Shown here one piece after another: positions 28,890 through 39,338 of a DNA stretch of 64,000 bases. The notes beneath the pieces are model-generated. The model was not told the origin of the DNA. It saw nothing but the letters and a program-made list of their open reading frames with translations, and did not search any database. Both the position numbers and the translations under genes were made by a program. The first letter of the stretch is position 1. Every line of letters starts with the position of its first letter. Origin of the DNA: an uncultured delta proteobacterium (GTDB taxonomy: Bacteria; Desulfobacterota; Desulfomonilia; UBA1062); NCBI GenBank assembly GCA_963752595.1, contig CAVVYZ010000017.1, positions 256,001-320,000 on the forward strand, read 5' to 3'.

Positions 28890-30098
28890 ATGAAACAGAT
28901 AGAGCTTATGAAAGAACTCCATGAAGTTTCGGATAAGAAAATCATTATGCTTGTTCTTGACGGCCTCGGCGGGATTCAGAACGCAACTGGCCTCACCGAG
29001 CTCGAGGCTGCCCGTACGCCGAATATGGACAGCTTAAGCAGGGAGTCGATCCTTGGTCTTTCAACACCTATCGCTCCTGGAATAACTCCGGGAAGCGGCC
29101 CGGGCCACCTGGGTCTTTTCGGATACGACCCACTGGAATACCAGATCGGCAGAGGTGTGCTCGAAGCACTGGGAATCGGACTCTCTCTCAAACCCACGTG
29201 CCTTGCCGCCAGGGGAAATTTCTGCTCGATAGACCCTGCAACCGGAGTCATTACCGACCGAAGGGCAGGCAGAATACCTACGGAAAAATGTGCGGAGCTG
29301 GTTGAAAAGCTCTCTGTCATCAAGTTAGAGGGAGTGAATATCACGATCCGACCTGTGAAAGATTACCGGTTTGCCCTTATTCTCGATGCCGAAGGGCTCG
29401 CAGACGGCCTTACCGAGACAGACCCCCAGAGGGTCGGAGCAAAGCCGTTAAAGGTCGAGCCCTTGAGGCCCGAGGCGAAAAAGAGCGCAGACCTTTTCAA
29501 TCAATGGATCGACAAGGCCTTCGAGATCCTCAAATCCGAGCATCCGGCTAACGGTTGCACCCTGCGGGGTATTGCAAAAGACCCCGGCCTGCCCACCTAT
29601 GCCGAGATATACGGGCTCAAATCCTGTGCCATAGCCACGTATCCCATGTATAAGGGCCTTGCCAGGCTCGTCGGCATGGACGTGCTCGATGCGGGAGATA
29701 CCATAGCTTCGGAAATTCATACCCTGAAAAAGAGCTGGGGCACGTATGATTTCTTCTTCTTCCATGTGAAGAAGACCGACTCTGCAGGCGAGGATGGAAA
29801 CTTCGATGCCAAGGTAAAGGTCATCGAAGAAACCGATGCAACCATTCCGGATATCATGGCGCTGAACCCCGACGTCCTCATCATCACCGGTGATCACTCC
29901 ACGCCTTCGGCCATGAAATCCCATTCCTGGCACGAATTGCCGGTCCTTTTGTATGCGAAGAAGAACCTCCGCAGGGATACGGTCACAACCTTCGGCGAAA
30001 CTGCATGCATACAGGGAGGCCTCGGGCATATCAGGCATGTGGACCTCATGCCCCTGGCCATGGCCCATGCAAACAAGCTCACCAAGTACGGGGCTTAA
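28890..30098 (+). CDS. apgM: Cofactor-independent phosphoglycerate mutase, ApgM type
   Basis: LDGLGG, TPNMD, TPGSGPGH, DRRAGRI, KTDSAGEDG, TGDHSTP, HSW. Confidence 0.92.
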   Translation: MKQIELMKELHEVSDKKIIMLVLDGLGGIQNATGLTELEAARTPNMDSLSRESILGLSTPIAPGITPGSGPGHLGLFGYDPLEYQIGRGVLEALGIGLSLKPTCLAARGNFCSIDPATGVITDRRAGRIPTEKCAELVEKLSVIKLEGVNITIRPVKDYRFALILDAEGLADGLTETDPQRVGAKPLKVEPLRPEAKKSADLFNQWIDKAFEILKSEHPANGCTLRGIAKDPGLPTYAEIYGLKSCAIATYPMYKGLARLVGMDVLDAGDTIASEIHTLKKSWGTYDFFFFHVKKTDSAGEDGNFDAKVKVIEETDATIPDIMALNPDVLIITGDHSTPSAMKSHSWHELPVLLYAKKNLRRDTVTTFGETACIQGGLGHIRHVDLMPLAMAHANKLTKYGA

Positions 30099-30133
30099 CA
30101 GGCGGAGTCAAGCGCGAAGAGAGGTGGAAGGCA

Positions 30134-31231
30134 TTGAGCTCGAAGAAAGTAGTTGTAATCCTTTTCGGAGGAGTATCCACAGAGCACGACGTGTCGGTGG
30201 TATCTGCCCGTTCGGTGGCCCGTTCCCTTGACCGGGAACGGTTCGACCCTGTTTTCGTTGCCATCGACAAGCAAGGTTCCTGGTATCTGGGAGAAGGTGC
30301 CTTTGATTTTCTGGAGACAGGGAATAACCATGATGTCGGCCGGGTATTACTCTCGACCGACCCCCAGCGTCCGGGCTTTCTCTCTCTGGAGAGCGGTAAA
30401 ATGATCGAAGTCGATGCGGTCTTCCCGGTTCTTCACGGGCCGAGGGGAGAGGACGGTACCATGCAGGGCCTGCTGGAAATCTCCGGCCTTCCTTATGTGG
30501 GATGCGATACCATGTCTTCCGCTATTGCCATGGACAAGGATATGACCAAGCGGGTGCTTGCCCAGCGCGGCCTCCCCGTAGTGAAGGGTGTATGCGTGAA
30601 TAAGTGGATGTGGGAGACGGACAGGGAGGAGGTGCTGGACGAGATCGCCGAGACCTTGCAGTTCCCCCTCTTCATAAAGCCGGCTACCATGGGGTCGAGC
30701 ATCGGGATCACCAAGGCACAGACGGTCGAAGAGATGATCAAGGGTGTCGATTCTGCGTTCGATTTTTCCATCAAAGTCGTCATCGAGATGTCGATCGAGA
30801 AACCCAGGGAAATAGAGGTCGCTGTGCTCGGGAACAACGAACCCAGGGCTTCCATCCCCGGCGAGATCATCCCGTGCAACGAGTATTATGATTTCAACGC
30901 CAAGTACAGGGACAGCTCAGAGCTCATCATCCCGGCGAGCTTGAACAAATCCCTGGTCGACGATATTCAGTTCAGCGCGGTCGAGGCCTTTGTCGCCATA
31001 GGCGGAGCCGGCATGGCCAGGGTTGATTTTCTGGTGTCCGGTGACGGCTACTTCGTGAATGAGATCAATACGATACCCGGCTTCACGAGTGTCTCGATGT
31101 ATCCGAAACTCTGGGAGGCGAGCGGCATCCCGTATCCCGCGCTCATCACCAACCTCCTCGAGTTGGCATTTAAGCGCCATGGAGAGCAGAACGCCCTGAC
31201 GAAGACCGTCAAGCTGGAGATGGGGGTCTGA
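30134..31231 (+). CDS. ddl: D-alanine--D-alanine ligase
   Basis: FGGVSTEHDVS, LHGPRGEDG, MDK, GSSIG, YDFNAKY, NEINTIPG; TTG start inferred. Confidence 0.95.
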   Translation: MSSKKVVVILFGGVSTEHDVSVVSARSVARSLDRERFDPVFVAIDKQGSWYLGEGAFDFLETGNNHDVGRVLLSTDPQRPGFLSLESGKMIEVDAVFPVLHGPRGEDGTMQGLLEISGLPYVGCDTMSSAIAMDKDMTKRVLAQRGLPVVKGVCVNKWMWETDREEVLDEIAETLQFPLFIKPATMGSSIGITKAQTVEEMIKGVDSAFDFSIKVVIEMSIEKPREIEVAVLGNNEPRASIPGEIIPCNEYYDFNAKYRDSSELIIPASLNKSLVDDIQFSAVEAFVAIGGAGMARVDFLVSGDGYFVNEINTIPGFTSVSMYPKLWEASGIPYPALITNLLELAFKRHGEQNALTKTVKLEMGV

Positions 31232-31342
31232 ACAAGATCTTATCTTTGCCCCATGGATCCCTCTCTTTGAATGAGCGCTCCCGCACGAGACGGACCGCTA
31301 CGGGCAGAGATCACGGGTGTGAAGGTTCCCTGATAAGGGCCG

Positions 31343-31690
31343 CTATATTTCGTTTGGTACCGTCCCATCCGGATGGGAATCGGAGGGTATGACTCCGGAC
31401 GGGCTTCCGTTTCCTTCTCCTACCGCGCTAGGTGCCCGGCCCTCATCCGCTGGAGTAGACAGGGCAAGGGCGAATCCCAGGACAAAACCAATGGCCCCGC
31501 CTACGAGGATCGGTGTGGCTGTCGAGCTGGTCGAGAATGCTGCGACAGCGGCGCCTGCGATCATTCCGATGCTTGCACCGAGAAGAGGCGTCGTAATCAA
31601 ACTGCCTGCTTTTGAATAGCCTGCATATGATGAGCAGGGAAGGCCGATCAGGGAAATGCAGATACACAGTGATATGATGATCCTTTTCAT
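31343..31690 (-). CDS. Small exported glycine-zipper membrane protein
   Basis: Signal peptide MKRIIIS, two GxxxG-rich hydrophobic helices. Confidence 0.6.
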   Translation of the reverse strand: MKRIIISLCICISLIGLPCSSYAGYSKAGSLITTPLLGASIGMIAGAAVAAFSTSSTATPILVGGAIGFVLGFALALSTPADEGRAPSAVGEGNGSPSGVIPSDSHPDGTVPNEI

Positions 31691-31911
31691 CTCTCTTACC
31701 TCCGGGCCTGAATACGAACAGGCAGAACTCGTAATAGTCAAGTCATCAGTAAAGATGGAAAACAAAGGATGCTCTATATAGGGTTATAGAAAATATACCG
31801 GTGAAGTCAAATTTCCAGGCACGGCGGAATAACCTTAAAGTGGGTGATGCAAAGGGAACGGATCACCCACTGCGATAAGGTTTTCTTCCTTGAAAGAGGA
31901 TCAAGGGCTTT

Positions 31912-32241
31912 TTATTTAAGCGGGACATTGACCAGCAGGCCGTAAACACGCTCCCGTTTGCCGTCGTTCGGTTCGGTGTAACTGTACAGCATGGGCCTGA
32001 TCTCGTAGACACCGAAGCCGACCCCGAGGAGGAGCCCGATGCTCGCACCCTGGGTAACCCGCCGCAGGTGATCGCCGGGGTGGTCCATGAAGGCGAGCGT
32101 TGCAGTGCCGGCTAATGCGCCTATACCTGCCCCGACCAAGGAATCCCAGAGCACTACATCGAGCGACGATTCTGCAAAGGACTTGCAGGGAAGGATGAAT
32201 AAGGCCAGGATAAGCGTCACGGAGACAAGTATTTTCTTCAT
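31912..32241 (-). CDS. Small exported glycine-zipper membrane protein
   Basis: Signal peptide MKKILVS..SFA, GAGIGALAG and GASIGLLLG helices; overlaps tkt stop. Confidence 0.65.
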   Translation of the reverse strand: MKKILVSVTLILALFILPCKSFAESSLDVVLWDSLVGAGIGALAGTATLAFMDHPGDHLRRVTQGASIGLLLGVGFGVYEIRPMLYSYTEPNDGKRERVYGLLVNVPLK

Positions 32242-34112
32242 ATCGAATCTTTTAACCTCCCTTGAATGTGGTGTACAAGATCTTCCGGGTTTAGCTCAAA
32301 GCATCTCATGCAAGAGTCCGAGGGTCCGGAAGGTGGAAATCCTTTAATGCCCATGGGGGTAAGATCTACGGCGATAGAGTTCGTCGCTGCAATGAAGGCT
32401 ATCTGGGATGCGAGGCCGGATACCATAAGATGATCTTCTACTACAAAAACAGGGCCCCGTGAAGCAGCATCCCGAACCTCTTTTGCTTCTAAGGCAAAGG
32501 GACATGAAATGCCTACCACCTCGATATCTATTCCTTTTGCCTGCAGGTGCTCCCAGGTTTTGACAGCCTGCGCGCTCATCGCTCCGAGGGCGAACAGGGT
32601 TGCTTTTGCGCCGGGGCGCAGGTGATGTGCTTTGCCGTAGAGGAAGCCTTCGCTGAAATATTCATGGCCTTCTCTGTCTGTCAGCACAGGGGTCTTGGAC
32701 CTGCCGACGCCGATCATGACGTTGCCCGGAGTGCTGAAGGCCCACCGCACCGCCAGATCTGCCTCGTTCGGGTCCAGCGGAATCACCACAGAGAAGTTGG
32801 CTAAATTCCTGAGCAGGCCGAGGTAGTCGATGCACTGGTGGGTCTTTCCGTCTTCTCCCACGTCTATGCCCAAGTGGGTGCAGAATAGGTTCAGGTTTGC
32901 CTCGTTGATGGCATTGAGCCTCTGCTGGTTATAGGTTTCATCGACACCGAACATCCCGAAGTCGGCAAAGACGCTCACCACCTCCTGCGTGGAAGCGGCT
33001 CCTGCCATGGTCGCCGTATGGTGCTCAGAGATCCCTGCCTGGAAGAAATTATCCGGGAACTCCCTGGCAAAGGCATCGGTTTTCACGGAGCCGGCAAGGT
33101 CGCAGTCAAAGACGGCAAACGGCACTTCCCTATTTTCCTTTGCCATATCAAGCAGCGCGTTTCCGAGGGCGGACCGGTTGTCCGTGAAGATCTCCTTGCC
33201 GTATGCCCTGGGTTTTCCCTGCGAGAGGATGGGGAACGGCCAGCGCTTCTTGGAGATATTCTCGCTCACGGGTTCTTTCCTTAAATTTGCCAATTCCTCT
33301 ATCGGCCACTGAAGGTCGATCTCCGGCAACGCCTTCTCCATCTCCGCCTTGTTCAGTGGCCTGCCGTGGAAGTCGGCTTTGTTCTCCATGAAACTCACAC
33401 CCTTGCCCATAACCGTGTGGGCGATGATTACATAGGGGGACTGCCTGTCGTCAGCTGCCTTCTTTAAGGACTCATGGATCTCTCTGAAATCGTGTCCGTT
33501 CACGTCGAGGACGACAAAGCCTGCAGATTCATATTCTTTCCGGAGATCCTGCGGCATGACCTTGTGCCTGCTGCCCGATATCTGGAGTTCGTTATTGTCG
33601 ATAATGACCGTGATGTTGGTGAGGCCGTATTTGCGGATGAAGCGTTTCGCTTCCGCGATCTGCCCTTTCTGCTGCTCGCCGTCTCCCATGACGACATAGC
33701 AGTTCATCGGCGTGTTCTTTACCCTGGCCGCAACGGCATACCCGCAAGCTACCGAGAGACCCTGCCCGAGGTTTCCGGTTCCCCAGTGGACACCGGGGAC
33801 GCCCGGCTCAACATGACCCTCGAAAATGCTCCCCACGCGCCTGAAGCCTTTGATGACGTCTTTCGGTGAAAAGATGCCGCTCCTTGCAAGGGCCGAATAA
33901 ACACCCGGAGAGGTATGCCCGTGGGATATCACCACCTTGTCCGAAATTTTATCAGTAATGTGATAGAGGAGCGTGTAGATATCAATGGAAGACATGGACC
34001 CGCCGGGATGGCCCGAACCTGCGAGATATGTCATGGCAACGATGTCTGCCCGGGATTTTCTTGCCCTGTCTTCAAGCTCTTTGATCATTTCCAGCGTAAG
34101 TTCCTGAATCAC
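32238..34112 (-). CDS. tkt: Transketolase
   Basis: SGHPGGS, GNLGQG, GDGEQ..N TPP motif, GISEH, GEDGKTHQ; GTG start overlapping glpC stop. Confidence 0.93.
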   Translation of the reverse strand: MIQELTLEMIKELEDRARKSRADIVAMTYLAGSGHPGGSMSSIDIYTLLYHITDKISDKVVISHGHTSPGVYSALARSGIFSPKDVIKGFRRVGSIFEGHVEPGVPGVHWGTGNLGQGLSVACGYAVAARVKNTPMNCYVVMGDGEQQKGQIAEAKRFIRKYGLTNITVIIDNNELQISGSRHKVMPQDLRKEYESAGFVVLDVNGHDFREIHESLKKAADDRQSPYVIIAHTVMGKGVSFMENKADFHGRPLNKAEMEKALPEIDLQWPIEELANLRKEPVSENISKKRWPFPILSQGKPRAYGKEIFTDNRSALGNALLDMAKENREVPFAVFDCDLAGSVKTDAFAREFPDNFFQAGISEHHTATMAGAASTQEVVSVFADFGMFGVDETYNQQRLNAINEANLNLFCTHLGIDVGEDGKTHQCIDYLGLLRNLANFSVVIPLDPNEADLAVRWAFSTPGNVMIGVGRSKTPVLTDREGHEYFSEGFLYGKAHHLRPGAKATLFALGAMSAQAVKTWEHLQAKGIDIEVVGISCPFALEAKEVRDAASRGPVFVVEDHLMVSGLASQIAFIAATNSIAVDLTPMGIKGFPPSGPSDSCMRCFELNPEDLVHHIQGRLKDSI

Positions 34113-35326
34113 GATATTCTCCTTTTCAAGATGGCTTTCTTTGAAGCGCTTCCCATGATGGATTCGATGATCACTTCCGACGGATCCAGAGCAGGCAGGC
34201 CGGTGAAATGCCCGAGCTGCATCTTGCAGGCCCCGCAATCGCTGACGAGAAAATCCGCGTCCAGGGACTTGATGGCACTGGATGCTATTTCTCCAAGCTT
34301 CTGCGCGGTCTGCTGGTTCTTCTTCTTGAATCCGTAACTGCCCGAGAGGCCGCAGCAGTTCTCATCGAGGATATGGAAGTGCAGGCCCGGTATCTTCTCG
34401 AAGATTCCGGCAGCCGGATACCCGATGCCTAAGGCCCTCAGGTGGCAGGGGATATGGTATGCAACATGCTTGTCCACCTCTGAAAAATCCACGGTCAGGG
34501 AGCCGTCTTCGATGCTGTCCAGGATAAACTCGTGCACGTTGTAGGTATTTTCGGCGATCTTCTTTCCTTCAGGGATATCGAGAACCTTGGGATAGTCGTG
34601 CACCAGGGTAAGTCCGCAGGAGGTGCAGGCATAGAGCACTTTGTATCCCTTATCGATGTACTCAACCAGTGTTTTGGCGTTTTCCCGTGCGAATTTCCTC
34701 GCCATGCCGAGATCGCCGTTGCCCAGGGCAGGCAGGCCGCAGCATGTCTGATGCGGCATAGCCACCCGGCAACCGAGATAGGCCAGGAGGTCACGGATCC
34801 CCCTGCCGATGTCGGGACGGTTGTAGTTAAGGTAGCACCCATGGAAAAACACCACCTTCTTCGGCGACCTGAACCTGCCCTTTCTCCTTCGTCCCCTCCC
34901 CAGGGTCATGAAGCGGTACTCGGGCATCGGGAGATAGGTGGCAAGGCCCAGCATCCTCAATGTCCCCTTGACGAATGACGAAGACGTCATCGCATTGGCA
35001 AGCGGGGTCGCCAGCGAGCCCAATTTCCCGAGATAATGGGTATTGGCGAAGAGATGGGAGGCAAAGGGGCTCATATGCTCGCTGCTGTACTTGAGCTGTG
35101 CCTTGAGGATAATTTCGGAGACGTTCACCCCGTAGGGGCAGGCAACCTCGCACCGTTTGCATTGGCTGCAGAGCTTTACCCATTCGTCCACGGACCGCTC
35201 CCCGTCCATCCGGAAGCGCTGGGAATCCGGGCCGGATTGCTTCGGCCCCGGGAATGCAGGGTTGACCTTGAACACCGGGCAATTCTCAACGCACAGGGTG
35301 CAGCGGACGCAGTGTTCGAACTTCAT
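34109..35326 (-). CDS. glpC: Anaerobic glycerol-3-phosphate dehydrogenase subunit C
   Basis: Two CxxCxxCxxxCP motifs, FPGPKQSGPD, two CCG domains. Confidence 0.9.
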   Translation of the reverse strand: MKFEHCVRCTLCVENCPVFKVNPAFPGPKQSGPDSQRFRMDGERSVDEWVKLCSQCKRCEVACPYGVNVSEIILKAQLKYSSEHMSPFASHLFANTHYLGKLGSLATPLANAMTSSSFVKGTLRMLGLATYLPMPEYRFMTLGRGRRRKGRFRSPKKVVFFHGCYLNYNRPDIGRGIRDLLAYLGCRVAMPHQTCCGLPALGNGDLGMARKFARENAKTLVEYIDKGYKVLYACTSCGLTLVHDYPKVLDIPEGKKIAENTYNVHEFILDSIEDGSLTVDFSEVDKHVAYHIPCHLRALGIGYPAAGIFEKIPGLHFHILDENCCGLSGSYGFKKKNQQTAQKLGEIASSAIKSLDADFLVSDCGACKMQLGHFTGLPALDPSEVIIESIMGSASKKAILKRRIS

Positions 35327-36519
35327 GACAGCCTCTTTCCGCACATTTTTGCTGCCGCAACCCCGGTTGTCATGGCGAGCCCGTGGCCGCACTGGTTCTT
35401 CATTACTTCGCTGTTGGCGATGATACTCCCGCATACAAAGAGATTTTTCAGTCTCGTTGCCTTGGGCCTGAACGCGGCATCAATCTCGATCCCTGCCTTT
35501 TCGATGGCATGGCCTGCGGTAAAGAAGTCGGTATTGAACCAGTCCTTTCTGGCACCCGGAACAGAGACCGGGAGATTGAACACGGTCTCCCTCACTGAGT
35601 CCCTCGTGGCGTAGAGGCCGCCGCTGACGAACGAACCCGTTGCAAGGATAAAGGCCTTTCCCTGGACACGGGATGATCTGCCTGTTGTGGCAAGAGTTAC
35701 GGCCTCTATTTCCTCACCCTGGCACTCGACACTTGTCACGCCTTTGCCCCAGTAGATGTGGCCTCCCTTTTCCTGCAAGGCCTTTTTCAATGCCCTAAAC
35801 AGTCTCATGCCGGGGATCGAAGGGGGCAGGGTCGGGATCTCGAAGATCGTCCTGCCTATTGCGGACGATATCTTATCCATGATGGAAACCGGATTGCCGA
35901 TGCCCAGCACCGCAGGAATCGCAACCTTGTCGTGGGGGATCTCCAGGCCCTGCAGCCAGGAGATGAAGGTATCCAGAAACGCGGGGTCTTCGAATTTCGT
36001 TGCAATACCCAAAGTCGTTGAAACACCGGCATCAAAGACGGAGAAGGCGGAGTTCCTGATCCTGTTGGTGATGTAGCTCGGATAGAAATCCTTGATGCCT
36101 TTGAACGAAACCACATGCAGGTATTCTTCCTCGGCCGGCTCTGCGCCTGCCATGGTGAGAGGGACGAGGCAGGTGTTTTTGGTAGTGCCGATGGGCGTGA
36201 TGATCCGCCTGTTCTGCTCTTGGTCGCCCGCGTAAGGCAAGCCGGCTTGGGCGATAATTTCGAGGAAAAAGGACAAGGCTTCGATCACGGTCTCTTTCCC
36301 GGCGAGAGAATATGGGTGCTCTTCGGGCAGTTTTGCGATCCTTTCGAAGGGATTGCCGTCCCCTGTGAAGACATCGATGCAGCCGGTAGAGAGGCAGCAG
36401 ACCGGGTCTCCCTTGGAGATCAGGGCAGTCTTGAACCCTTTGCTCGAAAGGTGCAGGGATGCCATGATCCCCGAAACACCCCCGCCGATAACGACGGCAT
36501 CATACTCGTGCACGCTCAT
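35323..36519 (-). CDS. glpB: Anaerobic glycerol-3-phosphate dehydrogenase subunit B
   Basis: VIGGGVSG, PTLPPSIPGMRL, LATGSFVSGGL. Confidence 0.9.
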   Translation of the reverse strand: MSVHEYDAVVIGGGVSGIMASLHLSSKGFKTALISKGDPVCCLSTGCIDVFTGDGNPFERIAKLPEEHPYSLAGKETVIEALSFFLEIIAQAGLPYAGDQEQNRRIITPIGTTKNTCLVPLTMAGAEPAEEEYLHVVSFKGIKDFYPSYITNRIRNSAFSVFDAGVSTTLGIATKFEDPAFLDTFISWLQGLEIPHDKVAIPAVLGIGNPVSIMDKISSAIGRTIFEIPTLPPSIPGMRLFRALKKALQEKGGHIYWGKGVTSVECQGEEIEAVTLATTGRSSRVQGKAFILATGSFVSGGLYATRDSVRETVFNLPVSVPGARKDWFNTDFFTAGHAIEKAGIEIDAAFRPKATRLKNLFVCGSIIANSEVMKNQCGHGLAMTTGVAAAKMCGKRLS

Positions 36520-38019
36520 GGCTTATGTCCCATGTTCAGTATTCCCAGATAAATGCTCTCCACGAGCTGCTCTTCCCTGAGCTGATCACCCCAGAGTGCC
36601 GGCCGGATGCCCTTGAATCTCCGCTGGAGGAAGCTTTTAAGGATCTGGATCGACTCCCCGGGCGTCAGTCTTCCGGTCTCCTGCATGATGCCGAGCGCCC
36701 TGTAGGTGCAGAAGCCTCCCTGGCATGGCCCCATACCGAGCCTCGTCCGGTGCTGGATATCTCCGATATACTGTATGCCTAAGGTATTGATGGCATTTTC
36801 CACGCTGTCCCTGTCCACCAGTTCGCACTCGCAGACAATGTTGTCCATTTTTTTGAGCCGCTTGGAGAGAGGATAGCCGCTCAGCTCGTCCTGCCCGTCG
36901 AGCGGAAGATCGGCGGTCTTGCAATGGGCTCTGATGCCCAATTCTTCCATAACGGCATCGACGGTTTTTTCAGCCATGAGCCGGTATGTGCTCAATTTGC
37001 CGCCCATGATGCTGTACATGCCGTTTTTATGGTCGATGATCTTAAAACCGCGGGAGATATTCCTGTTGTCGGAGTCGTCCGCCTTGAGCAGGGGCCGGAC
37101 GCCGGTATAGGCCCGGATGAGGCGCGTGGTGCCGAAACGGGGGATCATCTGCTCTGCCTGGGTGGCCACGATGTCGACCTCCTTGGGATCGACCTCGACG
37201 GCATCCGGGTCGTCCACCTGGATGGAGGTGGTGCCGGCAAGGCAGACAGCCTCGTTGGGCACGATGATATCACCGTCCGAAGGAGGTCTGAGCCGGTTGA
37301 TCACCATGTTGGTGAGCCGGTGATTGGAGATGATGAGGCTTCCCTTGGACAGGGTCATGGGAACCTCGCTCCCGCCCATGCGGGCGATGATGTCTCCCCA
37401 TGCTCCGGATGCATTGATGATGATCTTGGCCCTGATCTCTTTTGTCTGGGAAGTGAATTTGTCCTCGAACTTTTACACCCACGCACCGGCCCTTTTCCCG
37501 GACGATTTCGACCAGCTTGTGGTGTATGAGGATTCCTCCGCCCTTTCTGCGTGAGGTGAAGGCATTGAGCATGCAGAGCCGGAACGGATCTATGGAGCAG
37601 TCCGGGACCGAGACAGCTTCCTCGATGGCAGGGTTGAGCTCCGGCACGAGATCGAGTGCCCGGGAAGGGGAAAGAATCTCGGTAGATATCCCGACCTCGA
37701 CGCAGTTTTTCAAAAAACTGTCCCGGTATCTCTTTGAATCGCCGGGCAGGCGGACAAAGAGGCCGCCCGTTATCTCGACGCATTTCCGGGCTATTTTGCG
37801 CAGTATCGAGTTTTCGCTGATGCACTCACGGGCCGCCTCGGAGTCTTTGACTACATAGCGGGCGCCGCTGTGCAGCAGACCGTGGCAGGCACCCGTGGCC
37901 CCGCTGGCAAAATCGCCTTTTTCAACCAGGTAATGGTGAACCCCCCGCAGGGCAAGGTCGCGTGCAATGCCGCACCCGGTAGCGCCGCCACCGATAATAA
38001 TGACGTCAGTCTTGATCAT
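36516..38019 (-). CDS. glpA: Anaerobic glycerol-3-phosphate dehydrogenase subunit A (frameshift near 37400-37470)
   Basis: IIGGGATG, HGLLHSGARY, GVRPL, GGKLSTYR, CECE, TRLGMGPCQGGFC. Confidence 0.9.
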
Positions 38020-38359
38020 TCCTTACATTTTCCTTAAGGCCTGCAATGAAAAAACGTGACCACCATATACAAGCTTCCACTCGCGGTCAAGAGATTGTGT
38101 TTTCAGGGATTGTCAGCCGGATGATCCCCGGCAGCCTGCTCCCTGGTTACCCCTATATCCTCTCGCGACCCGCTTTGGGGGTGCCCACCGGAGAGGATAT
38201 GGGAGAGGGGATAAAATCAAAAGAAGTTTGAATAACCCATTGCTTGCTGCGTGGTACTTCACAGGTATTACCACTGGCGAGGCTTAGAGAGAGCTTCGGA
38301 TGAATCCGGCAGGGAAAAGACTGGTTATCTGAAAATGTATGGAACCGCCTCTTTAAGAG

Positions 38360-39202
38360 TTACCCTGCATGTGCATTTTGGGGGATAATGTGCAATACGG
38401 CCTCGTTCCATCCGGCAGGCCCTGGGGAGGCGGGTGTGACGACCTGCTGGGACGGTGAAGGGGTATAGTCCATGAGGGAACCATCAGGCTTTCGGATAAC
38501 TACCGCGACATCGGCAGAGCGCAGCAGCTCTGCATCGTTGGGGCCGTCGCCCAGGGCGACCGACGTCCAGGAAATCTCAGGATAGGCATACCGGTAAATT
38601 TCCATCACCCTCCGGGCTGCGATTCCCTTATCTGCACTCCCCTGCGCATGGTAGAGCTTCCCGCCTTCGATAACCGTTATGCCTCTTTCCTTCAGCGTTT
38701 CCCTCAGCAATATAAGGTCGGATTTGGATCCCTTGAAGATGAAGGGCTCTGAGAATTCGCGCTCTTTTGCCCGGGCAGCGGAATCGGGATCTAATCCGGT
38801 GAATCCGGATATCTCCTCTATGGTCATGTCGAAAAACCCTGTTACCGTTGCATTGCAGAGAGACCAGAGGGACCTGGCTGTGTGCAGGGCATCGATAATC
38901 TCTCTATATCTTCTGCCGAGCACTATGACACGGTATCCGCATTTCAGTTCCGCCTGAATTCCGGGCGGGGGAGCGAAATCCCTGTCCAGGAAGACGGCGC
39001 TCCCGTTCTCCACGACGAATACCTTTGAAAGGGAGCGAAGCTCGGTCATGGGCTCGATCTCGGCTCTGGTCTTGCTTGAGACGATGACAAGCGGGATCCC
39101 GTGTTCCCGGATCTTGGTCAATGCGGGCATTGCCTCGCCATACGAGTAGGTATGATGGTCGAGGAGCGTAGCATCGAGATCGGTGAAGATGAGGAGGCGC
39201 AT
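38360..39202 (-). CDS. HAD-IIB mannosyl-3-phosphoglycerate phosphatase-like protein
   Basis: FTDLDATLLD, SSKTRAE, ENGS, REFSEP, DKG, LGDGPND. Confidence 0.85.
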   Translation of the reverse strand: MRLLIFTDLDATLLDHHTYSYGEAMPALTKIREHGIPLVIVSSKTRAEIEPMTELRSLSKVFVVENGSAVFLDRDFAPPPGIQAELKCGYRVIVLGRRYREIIDALHTARSLWSLCNATVTGFFDMTIEEISGFTGLDPDSAARAKEREFSEPFIFKGSKSDLILLRETLKERGITVIEGGKLYHAQGSADKGIAARRVMEIYRYAYPEISWTSVALGDGPNDAELLRSADVAVVIRKPDGSLMDYTPSPSQQVVTPASPGPAGWNEAVLHIIPQNAHAG

Positions 39203-39302
39203 AAGACTCTGCATGTGCAAGGATATTAGCATGTTAAAGGGATATTGTCCAGGGAACCGGCATCAGAAAGTGAATAGGGAGGATGCGAGGGCGTTTCCTT
39301 CC

Positions 39303-39332
39303 TTGACAGGGGAAGCTTCGCATCGCTACAAT
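39303..39332 (+). promoter_or_regulatory. Sigma70 promoter immediately upstream of the cyclase-FHA start codon
   Basis: TTGACA-N18-TACAAT, ATG 7 nt after the -10 box. Confidence 0.6.
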
Positions 39333-39338
39333 CACCTC

